A stretch of 64,000 nucleotides of DNA, from positions 14,787 through 78,786 of the forward strand of contig JACKKD010000004.1 of assembly GCA_020637675.1 (NCBI GenBank). Reading direction: 5' to 3'. Shown here piece by piece: positions 1-9,264 of this stretch (the stretch's first letter is position 1; each line of letters starts with the position of its first letter). Both the position numbers and the translations under genes were made by a program. Origin of the DNA: Paracoccaceae bacterium (lineage in GTDB: Bacteria > Pseudomonadota > Alphaproteobacteria > Rhodobacterales > Rhodobacteraceae). The notes below the pieces were generated by a model. That model was not told the origin of the DNA. It made no database searches and was given only the letters and a program-made list of their open reading frames with translations.

Positions 1-1
1 C

Positions 2-283
2 CGCGTCGTCTGCACTCTGGACCATTTCGATCCTCCGAATGCGCTCGTCTGCCGGCTGGACGGCGGCAGCTTCGGCGGGGCGCTGACGGTCAACCTCGTC
101 GCCCTGTCGCGCGCCCGCACCCGCATGGCGGTCCAGTTGGAGCTTCTGCCGCGGACCATAGCGGCGCGTCTACTGATCCAGACCGCAAGACTGAGCCGTG
201 GCGCCTATACGCGCCGGTTCGAGGATCGTGTGCAGAAGTTCGCCGCCGAGGTCGAGCTCAGGCAGGCGCGGCCGGGCGGCTGA
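2..283 (+). CDS. 3' end of an unidentified CDS entering from upstream of the window (no start in window)
   Basis: Frame 2 is open from the window edge to TGA at 281-283. Third positions are mostly G/C. Translation begins RVVCTLDHFDPPNALVCRLDGG. No family recognised. Confidence 0.4.
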   Translation, partial: RVVCTLDHFDPPNALVCRLDGGSFGGALTVNLVALSRARTRMAVQLELLPRTIAARLLIQTARLSRGAYTRRFEDRVQKFAAEVELRQARPGG

Positions 284-287
284 GCGG

Positions 288-1133
288 TCAGCGCCGGGTC
301 GGATCGGCGGGGTAGACGCCGAGGATCGACATCGTGGAGGTGAAGTAGTCGAGCTCCTCGAGCGCGAGACGCACGTTCGGGTCGTCGGGGTGCCCCTCGA
401 TGTCGGCGTAGAACTGCGTGGCGGAGAACGAGCCGTCCACCATGTAGCTTTCGAGCTTGGTCATGTTGACGCCGTTCGTCGCGAAGCCGCCCATCGCCTT
501 GTAGAGCGCGGCGGGAATGTTGCGGACCTGGAAGACGAAGGTCGTCATCATGCCGGACTTGCCCCGGCGCTGGTAATCGGGCTCGCGCGCCATGATCAGG
601 AAGCGGGTGGTGTTGTGGGCGTGGTCCTCGATGTGGCGGGCAAGGATGTGAAGCCCGTGGATCTCGGCCGCGAGGTCCGAGGCGAGCACGCCGACCCGGC
701 GGTCGCCGCTGGCGGCGAGTTCGGCCGCCGCGCCGGCGCTGTCGGCCGCGGCTTCTCCACGGATGCCGTAGCGGGAGAGGAAGGCCGCGCATTGCGGGAT
801 CAGCACGAGATGGGCACGGACCTTCTCGACCTCCTCGATCTGCACCCCGGGAAGGGCCATCAGGCTGATGTGGACCCTGACGAAGGCCTCGCCGATGATG
901 AAGAGACCGGATTCCGGCAGCAGCCGATGGATATCGGCCACGCGGCCATAGGTCGTGTTCTCCACCGGCAGCATGGCCTGGTCGGCCGCTCCGGTCCGCA
1001 CCGCGGCGATCACGTCCTCGAAGGTGCGGCAGGGCAGCGGCTCCATGCCGGGGCGGGCGTCGAGGCAGGCCTGGTGGGAATAGGCGCCACGCTCTCCCTG
1101 GAAGGCGATGCGTCCGGCGATCTGTCCGGTCAT
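288..1133 (-). CDS. pheA: prephenate dehydratase
   Basis: 281 aa. N-terminus IAFQGERGAYSHQA. Contains the NTTRFLIMA (TRF) motif and a C-terminal ACT-like region. This is the typical monofunctional PDT architecture. Confidence 0.9.
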   Translation of the reverse strand: MTGQIAGRIAFQGERGAYSHQACLDARPGMEPLPCRTFEDVIAAVRTGAADQAMLPVENTTYGRVADIHRLLPESGLFIIGEAFVRVHISLMALPGVQIEEVEKVRAHLVLIPQCAAFLSRYGIRGEAAADSAGAAAELAASGDRRVGVLASDLAAEIHGLHILARHIEDHAHNTTRFLIMAREPDYQRRGKSGMMTTFVFQVRNIPAALYKAMGGFATNGVNMTKLESYMVDGSFSATQFYADIEGHPDDPNVRLALEELDYFTSTMSILGVYPADPTRR

Positions 1134-1270
1134 GGCGGAACGGCTCCTCGGCGGCGGCCCGGGGCGGGGGCATTCCGGCCGGGCCTTTCGCGGCGCTAAC
1201 TATACCTTGAAACCGGGCAGGGGAAGCGGATAGATACGGCCGCAAGGTTTTGCCAGGACAGAGGCGCGAC

Positions 1271-1801
1271 ATGTTCGACACGATGACGATAACCAAGGCC
1301 GGCGGCGCGCTGTGCGGGGCTTTCCTGATCTTCCTTCTCGGCAAGTGGGCAGGAGACGCGCTCTACAACACGGCTCCGGCCAGTCACGGTGGCGAGGAGG
1401 TCGCACAAGCCTACGCGATCGACACGGGCGCGGCTGCCGGTGGCGAAGAGGCCGCCGCCGCCGCGGAGGGCCCGGATTTCGCGACGCTGCTGGCCTCGGC
1501 CGACGCGGCTGCGGGCGAGAAGGTCTTTGCCAAGTGCAAGGCCTGCCACAAGGTGGACGGCAGCAACGCAACCGGCCCGCATCTCGACGGCGTGGTCGGC
1601 CGGGCGGTCGCCTCGGTCGCCGACTTCGGCTACTCGGACCCGATGAAGGCCCACGGCGGCGACTGGACGCCCGAGGCTCTGGAGGCGTTCCTGACCAACC
1701 CCAAGGGCGTCGTTCCGGGCACGAAGATGTCCTTCGCCGGCTTGCCCAAGGTCGAGGACCGGGCGAACGTCATTGCCTATCTGCAGTCGCTCGGCGGCTG
1801 A
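1271..1801 (+). CDS. membrane-anchored c-type cytochrome (cytochrome c_y / c552-like)
   Basis: N-terminal TM helix ([16 protein letters not shown]), an Ala/Glu-rich linker, then a class I cytochrome c domain with CKACH heme motif and the distal Met in PGTKMSF. The ATG at 1271 is preferred over the TTG at 1250. Confidence 0.85.
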   Translation: MFDTMTITKAGGALCGAFLIFLLGKWAGDALYNTAPASHGGEEVAQAYAIDTGAAAGGEEAAAAAEGPDFATLLASADAAAGEKVFAKCKACHKVDGSNATGPHLDGVVGRAVASVADFGYSDPMKAHGGDWTPEALEAFLTNPKGVVPGTKMSFAGLPKVEDRANVIAYLQSLGG

Positions 1802-1824
1802 GACCTGCGACGCGGACGACGCAG

Positions 1825-1850
1825 AGGGGCCGCCTTCGGGCGGCCTTTTC
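1825..1850 (+). terminator. rho-independent terminator after the cytochrome c gene
   Basis: GGCCGCC-TTCG-GGCGGCC stem-loop (1828-1845) followed by TTTT. Confidence 0.75.
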
Positions 1851-1965
1851 GTCTTCCGGGGCGCCGGATTACGCATTCGCGAGGTTTCTCACAACTTCGC
1901 AACTTGAAGCCAAGGGCCGCGCCGTTCTAGCTTGGCCGGGGCTGGGCCTGCGCGGGGAGGGACCG

Positions 1966-3894
1966 ATGGCGAGAAAGACGATTGCATCCTCGGCGGCATG
2001 CGGCACCGTCCACGCAGTGCCGACGCCGTGGATCGCGGCGCATCTTGCCGCGCTCGGCCTGGCGGCAGGGCTCTGGCTCGGCCTCGCCGGGATGATCCGC
2101 GCGCAGGAGGCTCTCACCATCTCTTACGGCTATTCGAACTTCGGCACGCTGAAATATCCGGCTGATTTCGCCCATCTCGACTACGTAAACCCCGAGGCGC
2201 CCAAGGGCGGCGAAATCTCCATCTGGTCGCAGGGCGGGTTCGACAGCTTCAACCAGTATGCCAGCGACGGCGTGGCGGCAGCGCTGAACACGATCGGCAG
2301 CGAAAGCATCCTGACCACAACGGCCGATGACCCCTACGGCGTCTACTGCTTTCTCTGCACGACACTCGAATACCCCGCGGACCTTTCCTTCGTGACCTTC
2401 AATCTGCGCGACGATGTGACATTCTCGGACGGGACGCCGATGACGGCGGAGGACGTCGCGTACAGCTTCAACCTCTTCCAGACGCAGGGTATCCTGGAAT
2501 ACCGCCGCGTCGTCGAAGGCTATATCGACCATGTCGAAGTCGAGGGGCCACACCGTATCACCTTCCATTTCACCGACAGCGCACCGATGCGCGACCGGGT
2601 CGGCTTTGCCGGCGGCACGGCTGTGTTCTCGAAGGCCTGGTTCGAAAGGACCGGTGCGCGGCTCGACAAGGCGACGAAGGCGCCGTTCCTCTCCACCGGC
2701 GCCTATGTTCTTGACAGTTTCGACTTCAACACACGGGTGATCTACAAGCGCAACCCCGACTACTGGGGCAACGATCTGCCCTTCAACCGCGGCCGCAACA
2801 ACTTCGACCGCATCCGGGTGGAGTACTTTGCCGACAGCGATTCCGCCTTCGAGGGCTTCAAGGCGGGTGACTACACCTTCCGGACGGAAAACAGCTCGCA
2901 GGACTGGGCGCAGGGCTATGATTTCCAGGCGGTGCAGAAAGGCTGGGTGAAGCGCGAGACGCTTCCCGACGGCAATGTCGGCACGCGTCTCTCCTGGGTC
3001 TTCAACCTCGACCGGCCGCGCTGGCAGGACATCCGCGTCCGCGAGGCGATCGGCATGATGTTCAACTATGACTGGTCGAAGCAGACGCTGCAATACGGGC
3101 TCTACGACCGCCCGGTTTCCTTCTGGTCGAACACCGACCTTGCCGCAACCGGCGTTCCCGGAGAGGGAGAGCTCGTGCTGCTGAAGCCGCTGGTGGACGA
3201 GGGGCTTCTTGACCCCGCGATCCTGACCGAGGAGCCCAGGGTCCCGGTTGTCCACGACCCGGCCAACAACCGTCCCGCACGGTCGGTGATCCGCAAGGCT
3301 GCCGCGCTCCTGGAGGAGGCGGGATGGGTCATCGGTAGCGACGGCATCCGCCGCAACGCCGCCGGCGAGGCGCTGGAACTGTCGATCATCCAGTACAGCC
3401 CGCTCTATGACCGCTTCATCAACCCCTTCATCGAGAACCTCGCGCAGATCGGCGTCAAGGGAAGGCTCGAGCGGGTCGACATCTCGCAATATGTGGAGCG
3501 TCGGCGGAAGGGCGACTTCGACCTCGCCAACCAGGGTTTCGACATGGACTTCGAGCCCTCGGGAGGGCTGGAGCAGTGGTTCGGCTCCAAGACCGCCGAC
3601 GACAGCTCGCGCAACCTCATGCGGTTGCGCGACGCCGGTATCGACCGGCTGATCGGCCATGTCGTCGGCGCCACGAAGATCGAGGACCTGAAGACTGCGG
3701 TCCATGCGCTCGACCGGGCGCTTCGGGCCAAGGTCTTCGACATCCCGCTCTGGTACAACCCCGACACATGGGTCGCCTACTACGACTTCTACCGCCATCC
3801 CGACGCCCTTCCGCCCTTGCAGGTTGGCGAACTGGACTTCTGGTGGTACGACGCCGAGGCGGCCGAGACGCTGAAGGCGCAGGGCGCCTACTGA
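1966..3894 (+). CDS. yejA: ABC transporter periplasmic substrate-binding protein, family 5 (YejA-like peptide binding)
   Basis: About 642 aa with an N-terminal signal/anchor region, GGGAGGG SD before the ATG. The large SBP_bac_5-like size matches YejA. It is followed by yejB/E/F-type genes. The track ORF 1312-3894 is over-extended at the 5' end. Confidence 0.8.
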   Translation: MARKTIASSAACGTVHAVPTPWIAAHLAALGLAAGLWLGLAGMIRAQEALTISYGYSNFGTLKYPADFAHLDYVNPEAPKGGEISIWSQGGFDSFNQYASDGVAAALNTIGSESILTTTADDPYGVYCFLCTTLEYPADLSFVTFNLRDDVTFSDGTPMTAEDVAYSFNLFQTQGILEYRRVVEGYIDHVEVEGPHRITFHFTDSAPMRDRVGFAGGTAVFSKAWFERTGARLDKATKAPFLSTGAYVLDSFDFNTRVIYKRNPDYWGNDLPFNRGRNNFDRIRVEYFADSDSAFEGFKAGDYTFRTENSSQDWAQGYDFQAVQKGWVKRETLPDGNVGTRLSWVFNLDRPRWQDIRVREAIGMMFNYDWSKQTLQYGLYDRPVSFWSNTDLAATGVPGEGELVLLKPLVDEGLLDPAILTEEPRVPVVHDPANNRPARSVIRKAAALLEEAGWVIGSDGIRRNAAGEALELSIIQYSPLYDRFINPFIENLAQIGVKGRLERVDISQYVERRRKGDFDLANQGFDMDFEPSGGLEQWFGSKTADDSSRNLMRLRDAGIDRLIGHVVGATKIEDLKTAVHALDRALRAKVFDIPLWYNPDTWVAYYDFYRHPDALPPLQVGELDFWWYDAEAAETLKAQGAY

Positions 3895-3912
3895 GAAGCG
3901 GAAAGCGGGACC

Positions 3913-5001
3913 TTGGGCGCCTATATCCTGAGACGGTTGTTGCTGATGATTCCGACGCTCTTCGGGATCATGCTCATCAACTTCACCCTGACACAGTTCG
4001 TGCCCGGCGGGCCGATCGAGCAGATCCTCGCCCGGATCGAGGGTCAGGGCGACGTGTTCCAGAACATCTCGGGCGGCGGCGACAGCGGCATGGGCCAACA
4101 GCAGTATGGCGGCGACGAGCGCTATCTGGGCGCCCGCGGCCTGCCGCCCGACTTCATCGCCGAACTCGAAAAGCAGTTCGGCTTCGACAAGCCGCCGGCC
4201 GAGCGGTTCCTGAACATGCTTTGGGACTACCTGCGCTTCGACTTCGGCGAAAGCTACTTCCGCTCCATCTCGGTGATCGATCTGGTGATCGAAAAGATGC
4301 CTGTGTCGATCACGCTCGGCCTCTGGTCCACGCTCCTGGCCTATCTGATCTCGATCCCGCTCGGCATCCGCAAGGCGGTGAAGGACGGATCGCGCTTCGA
4401 TACCTGGACCTCCGGCGCGATCATCGTCGCCTATGCGATCCCCGGGTTTCTCTTCGCCGTCCTTCTCATCGTCCTCTTCGCCGGGGGCAGCTACTGGCGC
4501 ATCTTCCCGCTACGCGGTCTCGTCTCCGACAACTGGGACGACCTCAGCCTTCTGGCGAAGGTGGGCGACTACTTCTGGCACATCACGCTGCCGGTCGTCG
4601 CCTCGACCATCTCCAGCTTCGCGACGCTGACGCTTCTGACGAAGAACAGCTTTCTCGACGAGATCAACAAGCAGTACGTGCTGACGGCGCGGGCCAAGGG
4701 GCTGGCCGAGAAGCGGGTGCTCTACGGCCACGTCTTCCGCAACGCCATGCTGATCGTCATCGCGGGGTTCCCCGGTCTCTTCCTCTCCGTCCTCTTCGGC
4801 GGCAGCGTGCTGATCGAGACGATCTTCTCGCTCGATGGGCTTGGCCGGCTCGGCTACGAGGCGGCGGTCGCGCGCGACTACCCGGTGGTCTTCGGCACGC
4901 TCTATGTCTTCGGGCTCCTCGGGCTTCTGATCGGGCTTCTGAGCGACCTGACCTATGTGCTCGTCGATCCGCGGATCGACTTCGAGAAGCGGGCGGGCTG
5001 A
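3913..5001 (+). CDS. yejB: ABC transporter permease (YejB-like)
   Basis: 362 aa, multi-TM, with the BPD-transporter permease signature region. TTG start as given in the track. Lies in operon order after the SBP gene. Confidence 0.85.
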   Translation: MGAYILRRLLLMIPTLFGIMLINFTLTQFVPGGPIEQILARIEGQGDVFQNISGGGDSGMGQQQYGGDERYLGARGLPPDFIAELEKQFGFDKPPAERFLNMLWDYLRFDFGESYFRSISVIDLVIEKMPVSITLGLWSTLLAYLISIPLGIRKAVKDGSRFDTWTSGAIIVAYAIPGFLFAVLLIVLFAGGSYWRIFPLRGLVSDNWDDLSLLAKVGDYFWHITLPVVASTISSFATLTLLTKNSFLDEINKQYVLTARAKGLAEKRVLYGHVFRNAMLIVIAGFPGLFLSVLFGGSVLIETIFSLDGLGRLGYEAAVARDYPVVFGTLYVFGLLGLLIGLLSDLTYVLVDPRIDFEKRAG

Positions 5002-6104
5002 TGGCTCTGTCGCCGCTGAACCAGCGCCGCTGGCGCAACTTCAAGGCCAACCGGCGTTCCTACTGGTCGCTCTGGATATTCCTTGTCATGTTCGCGCTGT
5101 CGCTTTCCGCCGAACTCATCGCCAACGACAAGCCCATCCTCGTGAGTTACCGCGGCGATCTCTACACGCCGGTGTTCCGGTTCTATCCGGAGACCACCTT
5201 CGGCGGCGATTTCAAGACCGAGGCGATCTACCGCGACCCGGCGGTGCAGTGCCTGATCGAGACCGGCGGGTTGGTGGACTGCTGGGACGATCCCGAAGGC
5301 GTCATGGCGGACGCGGCCGACGGCGAGGTGGCGGGCGCGGCGGTGGAGGCGGGCTGGATGGTCTGGCCACCCATCCCCTACAGCTATTCGACGGTGAACA
5401 ACGTCGGCACGGCGCCCTCGGCCCCGGACAGGAATCACTGGCTCGGCACCGACGACACCGCGCGCGACGTGCTGGCGCGGATCATCTATGGCTTCCGCCT
5501 GTCGATCCTCTTCACCCTGATCGTAACCTCGGTCTCCAGCCTCATCGGCGTGGCGGCGGGCGCGGTGCAGGGGTATTTCGGCGGCCGGGTGGACCTGATC
5601 TTCCAGCGACTCCTGGAGATATGGGGCTCCACGCCCGGCCTTTACGTCATCATCATCCTCTTCGCGATCCTCGGGCGGAGCTTCTGGCTCCTCGTCTTCG
5701 TGACCATCCTCTTCGGCTGGCCCGCGCTCGTCGGCGTGGTTCGGGCGGAGTTCCTGCGCGCGCGCAACTTCGAGTATGTCCGCGCCGCCCGCGCGCTGGG
5801 CGTGAGCGACCGCGTCATCATGTTCCGCCACATCCTGCCCAACGCCATGGTGGCGACGCTGACCTTCCTGCCCTTCATCGTCGCCGGTGCCATCGGCGGG
5901 CTCGCCGCGCTCGACTACCTCGGCTTCGGACTGCCGTCGAACCTGCCCTCGCTCGGCGAACTGGCGCTGCAGGGCAAGTCGAACCTGCAGGCGCCCTGGC
6001 TCGGCTTTTCGGCCTTCTTCACCTTCGCCATCATGCTCTCGCTCCTCGTCTTCATCTTCGAAGGCGTGCGCGATGCCTTCGACCCGCGGAAGACCTTCCG
6101 ATGA
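5001..6104 (+). CDS. yejE: ABC transporter permease (YejE-like)
   Basis: The ATG at 5001 abuts the yejB stop (ends 5001). N-terminus [27 protein letters not shown]. DppC/OppC-like permease core. Confidence 0.85.
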   Translation: MALSPLNQRRWRNFKANRRSYWSLWIFLVMFALSLSAELIANDKPILVSYRGDLYTPVFRFYPETTFGGDFKTEAIYRDPAVQCLIETGGLVDCWDDPEGVMADAADGEVAGAAVEAGWMVWPPIPYSYSTVNNVGTAPSAPDRNHWLGTDDTARDVLARIIYGFRLSILFTLIVTSVSSLIGVAAGAVQGYFGGRVDLIFQRLLEIWGSTPGLYVIIILFAILGRSFWLLVFVTILFGWPALVGVVRAEFLRARNFEYVRAARALGVSDRVIMFRHILPNAMVATLTFLPFIVAGAIGGLAALDYLGFGLPSNLPSLGELALQGKSNLQAPWLGFSAFFTFAIMLSLLVFIFEGVRDAFDPRKTFR

Positions 6105-6421
6105 CCGCGTTTCCCGTCTCACCGCCCGGCCGGCTGCGCCACCTGGTCTATCTCGCGGCGCTGGCAACGACCGCCGCCTGTCTCGGATGGCTGGTCTGGA
6201 TGTTCGCGGCAGCGGCGCTGTCGGGGGAAGCGGAGCCGCTCCGGGTGCTGCAGAGCGGCCTCATGCTCCTCCTCGTGCCGTTCGCGCCAGCTCTTTTCCT
6301 TCTGATCGCGGCGTGCTGGCTGGCCATTTCGGGCCGGCCCGCGCCAGCGACGTTCCAATTCCTGGCCCTTGCGAATGCCGCGTGGTCGGTCCTGCTTACC
6401 AGCGCGCTGGTGTCGCAGTGA
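6101..6421 (+). CDS. small hydrophobic membrane protein (106 aa), unknown function, nested in the yej operon
   Basis: The ATG at 6101 overlaps the yejE stop (ATGA). Its own stop overlaps the GTG start of yejF (GTGA at 6418-6421). About three predicted TM segments. Third positions are mostly G/C. Confidence 0.6.
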   Translation: MTAFPVSPPGRLRHLVYLAALATTAACLGWLVWMFAAAALSGEAEPLRVLQSGLMLLLVPFAPALFLLIAACWLAISGRPAPATFQFLALANAAWSVLLTSALVSQ

Positions 6422-8043
6422 GCGGGGACCGTGCCACAACGGGCGAGATCGTCCTCGACATCCGGGAGCTGAGGGTCGATTTCCGTCAGGACGGCAGGAT
6501 CATCCACGCCGTGAAGGGCGTGAGCTTCACCGTGGACAAGGGCGAGACGGTCGCGCTGGTGGGCGAGAGCGGCTCGGGCAAGTCGGTGACGGCGCTGTCA
6601 ACCGTGGCGCTTCTGGGCGGGAACGCCGAGATTGCCGGGTCGGTGAAGTATCTCGGGCGCGAGATGATCGGGGCGGACGAGGCGACCCTTCGCGACGTGC
6701 GCGGCAACGACATCAGCTTCATCTTCCAGGAGCCGATGACCTCGCTCAACCCGCTGCATACGCTTGAAAAGCAGTTGGCCGAAAGCCTCGCCCTGCACCA
6801 AGGTCTGAAGGGCGCGGCGGCGCGGGCGCGGATCGTGGAACTGCTGGAGAAGGTCGGCATCGACAACCCCGAACGCCGGCTCGCCGACTATCCGCACCAA
6901 TTGTCGGGCGGCCAGCGGCAGCGGGTGATGATCGCCATGGCGCTGGCCAACGGGCCTGAGCTTCTGATCGCAGACGAGCCGACCACGGCGCTCGACGTGA
7001 CGATCCAGGCACAGATCCTCGACCTCCTGGCGGAACTCAAGGCGCGGGAATCGCTCAGCCTGCTGTTCATCAGCCACGACCTTGGCATAGTCCGGCGCAT
7101 CGCCGACCGGGTCTGCGTGATGCAGGGCGGAGAGATCGTGGAGCAGGGGCCGGTCGCGGAGATCTTCGCCAACCCGAGGCACCCCTACACCCAGAAACTG
7201 CTGGCGGCCGAGCCGAAGGGCCGCCCCGACCCGGTGCCAGAGGGGGCCGAGGAGATCGTGCGGACCGACGAGCTGCGCGTCTGGTTCCCGATCCGGCGAG
7301 GCTTTCTGCGCCGCACCGTCGGCCATGTGAAGGCGGTGAACGCTGCCACGATCTCCGTCCGCGCTGGCGAGACGCTGGGCATCGTCGGCGAAAGCGGGTC
7401 GGGCAAGACCACGCTCGCGCTCGGAATCATGCGGCTGATCGAGAGCGAGGGGCCGATCCTCTACCTCGGCCAGGACATCTCGACCTGGCCAGCGCGGGAC
7501 TTGCGGAAGCTGCGCCGCGACATGCAGATCGTCTTCCAGGACCCTTATGGCAGCCTCTCCCCCCGCATGACGGCGGAACAGATCATCGCCGAGGGACTGT
7601 CGGTCCACGGGCTCGACAAGGGGCGCGACTCGCGTGCGCTGGTGGCCGAGATCATGACCGAGGTCGGGCTCGACCCGGCGATGATGGCGCGCTACCCGCA
7701 CGAGTTCTCGGGCGGGCAGCGCCAGCGGATCGCCATCGCGCGTGCGATGATCCTGCGGCCGAAGGTCGTGGTGCTGGACGAGCCGACATCTGCCCTCGAC
7801 ATGACCGTGCAGGTACAGATCGTGGAGCTTCTGAGGGCGCTGCAGCGGCGCTACGGACTCGCCTATCTCTTCATCAGCCACGACCTGCGGGTGATCCGGG
7901 CGCTGGCCCACAAGGTGATCGTGATGAAGGCCGGCGACGTGGTGGAGGCGGGGCCGGCGGATGCAATTTTCGATGCGCCGCGGACGGCTTACACGCGCGA
8001 GCTGATGGCGGCGGCCTTCGGGCAGGCGACGCCGGCACGATGA
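6418..8043 (+). CDS. yejF: ABC transporter ATP-binding protein with two fused ATPase domains (YejF-like)
   Basis: Two Walker A motifs ([16 protein letters not shown]) and two signature motifs ([16 protein letters not shown]). The GTG start at 6418 is inferred. The track ORF 5887-8043 is over-extended. Confidence 0.85.
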   Translation: MSGDRATTGEIVLDIRELRVDFRQDGRIIHAVKGVSFTVDKGETVALVGESGSGKSVTALSTVALLGGNAEIAGSVKYLGREMIGADEATLRDVRGNDISFIFQEPMTSLNPLHTLEKQLAESLALHQGLKGAAARARIVELLEKVGIDNPERRLADYPHQLSGGQRQRVMIAMALANGPELLIADEPTTALDVTIQAQILDLLAELKARESLSLLFISHDLGIVRRIADRVCVMQGGEIVEQGPVAEIFANPRHPYTQKLLAAEPKGRPDPVPEGAEEIVRTDELRVWFPIRRGFLRRTVGHVKAVNAATISVRAGETLGIVGESGSGKTTLALGIMRLIESEGPILYLGQDISTWPARDLRKLRRDMQIVFQDPYGSLSPRMTAEQIIAEGLSVHGLDKGRDSRALVAEIMTEVGLDPAMMARYPHEFSGGQRQRIAIARAMILRPKVVVLDEPTSALDMTVQVQIVELLRALQRRYGLAYLFISHDLRVIRALAHKVIVMKAGDVVEAGPADAIFDAPRTAYTRELMAAAFGQATPAR

Positions 8044-9257
8044 AGATCCTCTTTGTCCACCAGAACTTTCCCGGCCAGTTCCTGCACCTCGCCCCGGCGC
8101 TGGCGGCGCGGGGGCACTCGGTCCAGGGATTGACGGACGAAGGCAACACGCGCCCCGCGCCGGTGCCGGCCCTGCGTTACCGCAAGCCGGCGGCTGCGGG
8201 GGTCGACGGCATCGCGAAGACCTATGCCGAGGCTGCGGAGCGGGGCCTTGCGGTCGCTCGGGCTGCCGCGCAGTTGCGCCGGGACAAGGGTTTTGTTCCG
8301 GATGTCGTCTTTGGCCACGGCGGCTGGGGCGAGACGCTCTTCCTGCGCGAAGTCTGGCCCGAGGCTCGGCACCTCACCTATGCCGAGTTCTTCTACCACG
8401 CCCGCGGGCTTGACGCCGACTTCGATCCGGAATTCCAGACCGACGACCTTGGCCGCCGCTTCCGCACCTCGGCACGACGGACGCATCTGATGATGGCGCT
8501 CGCCGACGCCGACGCGGCGCTGGCGCCGACGCGCTGGCAGGCCTCGACCTTCCCCGAGGCGTTCCGAGACAGGATCACCGTGATCCATGACGGGATCGAC
8601 ACCGACCGGGCCTGCCCGAACCCCGAGGCACGCCTCACCCTTCCGGGCGGCCGTGTGCTGAGGGTCGGAGATGAGGTGGTGAGTTTCGTCAACCGCAACC
8701 TCGAACCCTACCGCGGCTATCATATCTTCCTGCGCGCCCTGCCCGAGGTGCTTAAGGCCAGGCCGGAGGCGCAGGTGGTGATCGTCGGCGGCACCGGCGT
8801 GAGCTATGGTCCCGCGCCGGCTGGCGGACGGAACTGGAAGGAAATCTTCCTGTGCGAGGTGCGCGAACGGCTCGACCTTTCCCGCGTGCATTTCCTCGGC
8901 CAGGTGCCTTACGCGCAGTTCCTGTCGCTTTTGCAGGTTGCGCGGGTCCATGCCTATCTGACCTACCCGTTCGTCCTTTCCTGGTCGCTTCTGGAGGCGA
9001 TGAGCGCGGGCGGGCTCGTCATCGGTTCGCGGACGCCGCCGGTGGAGGAGATGATCCGCGACGGCGAGAATGGGCGGCTTGTCGATTTCTTCGATGTTTC
9101 GGGCTGGTCGGCGGCGCTGATCGAGGCGCTGGCCAACCCCGGCGCCGGCGCGGCCCTGCGCGCGGCGGCTCGGCGCACGGTGGTGGAGGGCTACGACCTG
9201 AAACGCCACAGCCTGCCGCGGCTGATAAGCTTCGTGGAAGGCGGCGGGGCGGGCTGA
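8040..9257 (+). CDS. glycosyltransferase family 4 (GT-B, group 1)
   Basis: 405 aa. N-terminus [14 protein letters not shown]. The C-terminal LLEAMSAGGLVIGS motif is typical of GT4. The ATG overlaps the yejF stop (ATGA 8040-8043). Confidence 0.8.
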   Translation: MKILFVHQNFPGQFLHLAPALAARGHSVQGLTDEGNTRPAPVPALRYRKPAAAGVDGIAKTYAEAAERGLAVARAAAQLRRDKGFVPDVVFGHGGWGETLFLREVWPEARHLTYAEFFYHARGLDADFDPEFQTDDLGRRFRTSARRTHLMMALADADAALAPTRWQASTFPEAFRDRITVIHDGIDTDRACPNPEARLTLPGGRVLRVGDEVVSFVNRNLEPYRGYHIFLRALPEVLKARPEAQVVIVGGTGVSYGPAPAGGRNWKEIFLCEVRERLDLSRVHFLGQVPYAQFLSLLQVARVHAYLTYPFVLSWSLLEAMSAGGLVIGSRTPPVEEMIRDGENGRLVDFFDVSGWSAALIEALANPGAGAALRAAARRTVVEGYDLKRHSLPRLISFVEGGGAG

Positions 9258-9264
9258 CCGGGGG

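Noticed and set aside
1312-1965. 5' extension of the yejA ORF overlapping the cytochrome c gene. Similar 5' extensions occur at 3576-5000 (yejE frame), 5887-6417 (yejF frame), 17148-18092 (ccoG frame), 25043-25363 (clpS frame) and 46934-47149 (iolD frame).
   Set aside because: The extensions overlap other well-supported genes or terminators. They are Arg/Pro-rich and lack SD sequences. Internal starts with an SD and sensible N-termini exist.
1927-4098. 723-aa ORF on the minus strand opposite the yejA/yejB region. Similar long antisense ORFs occur at 4953-6167, 6598-7911, 7989-9308, 9280-10659 and 10666-11436.
   Set aside because: Their translations are Arg/Ala/Gly/Pro-rich low-complexity sequences with no motifs. 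They lie exactly antisense to genes with clear family signatures. These are typical shadow ORFs of high-GC DNA.
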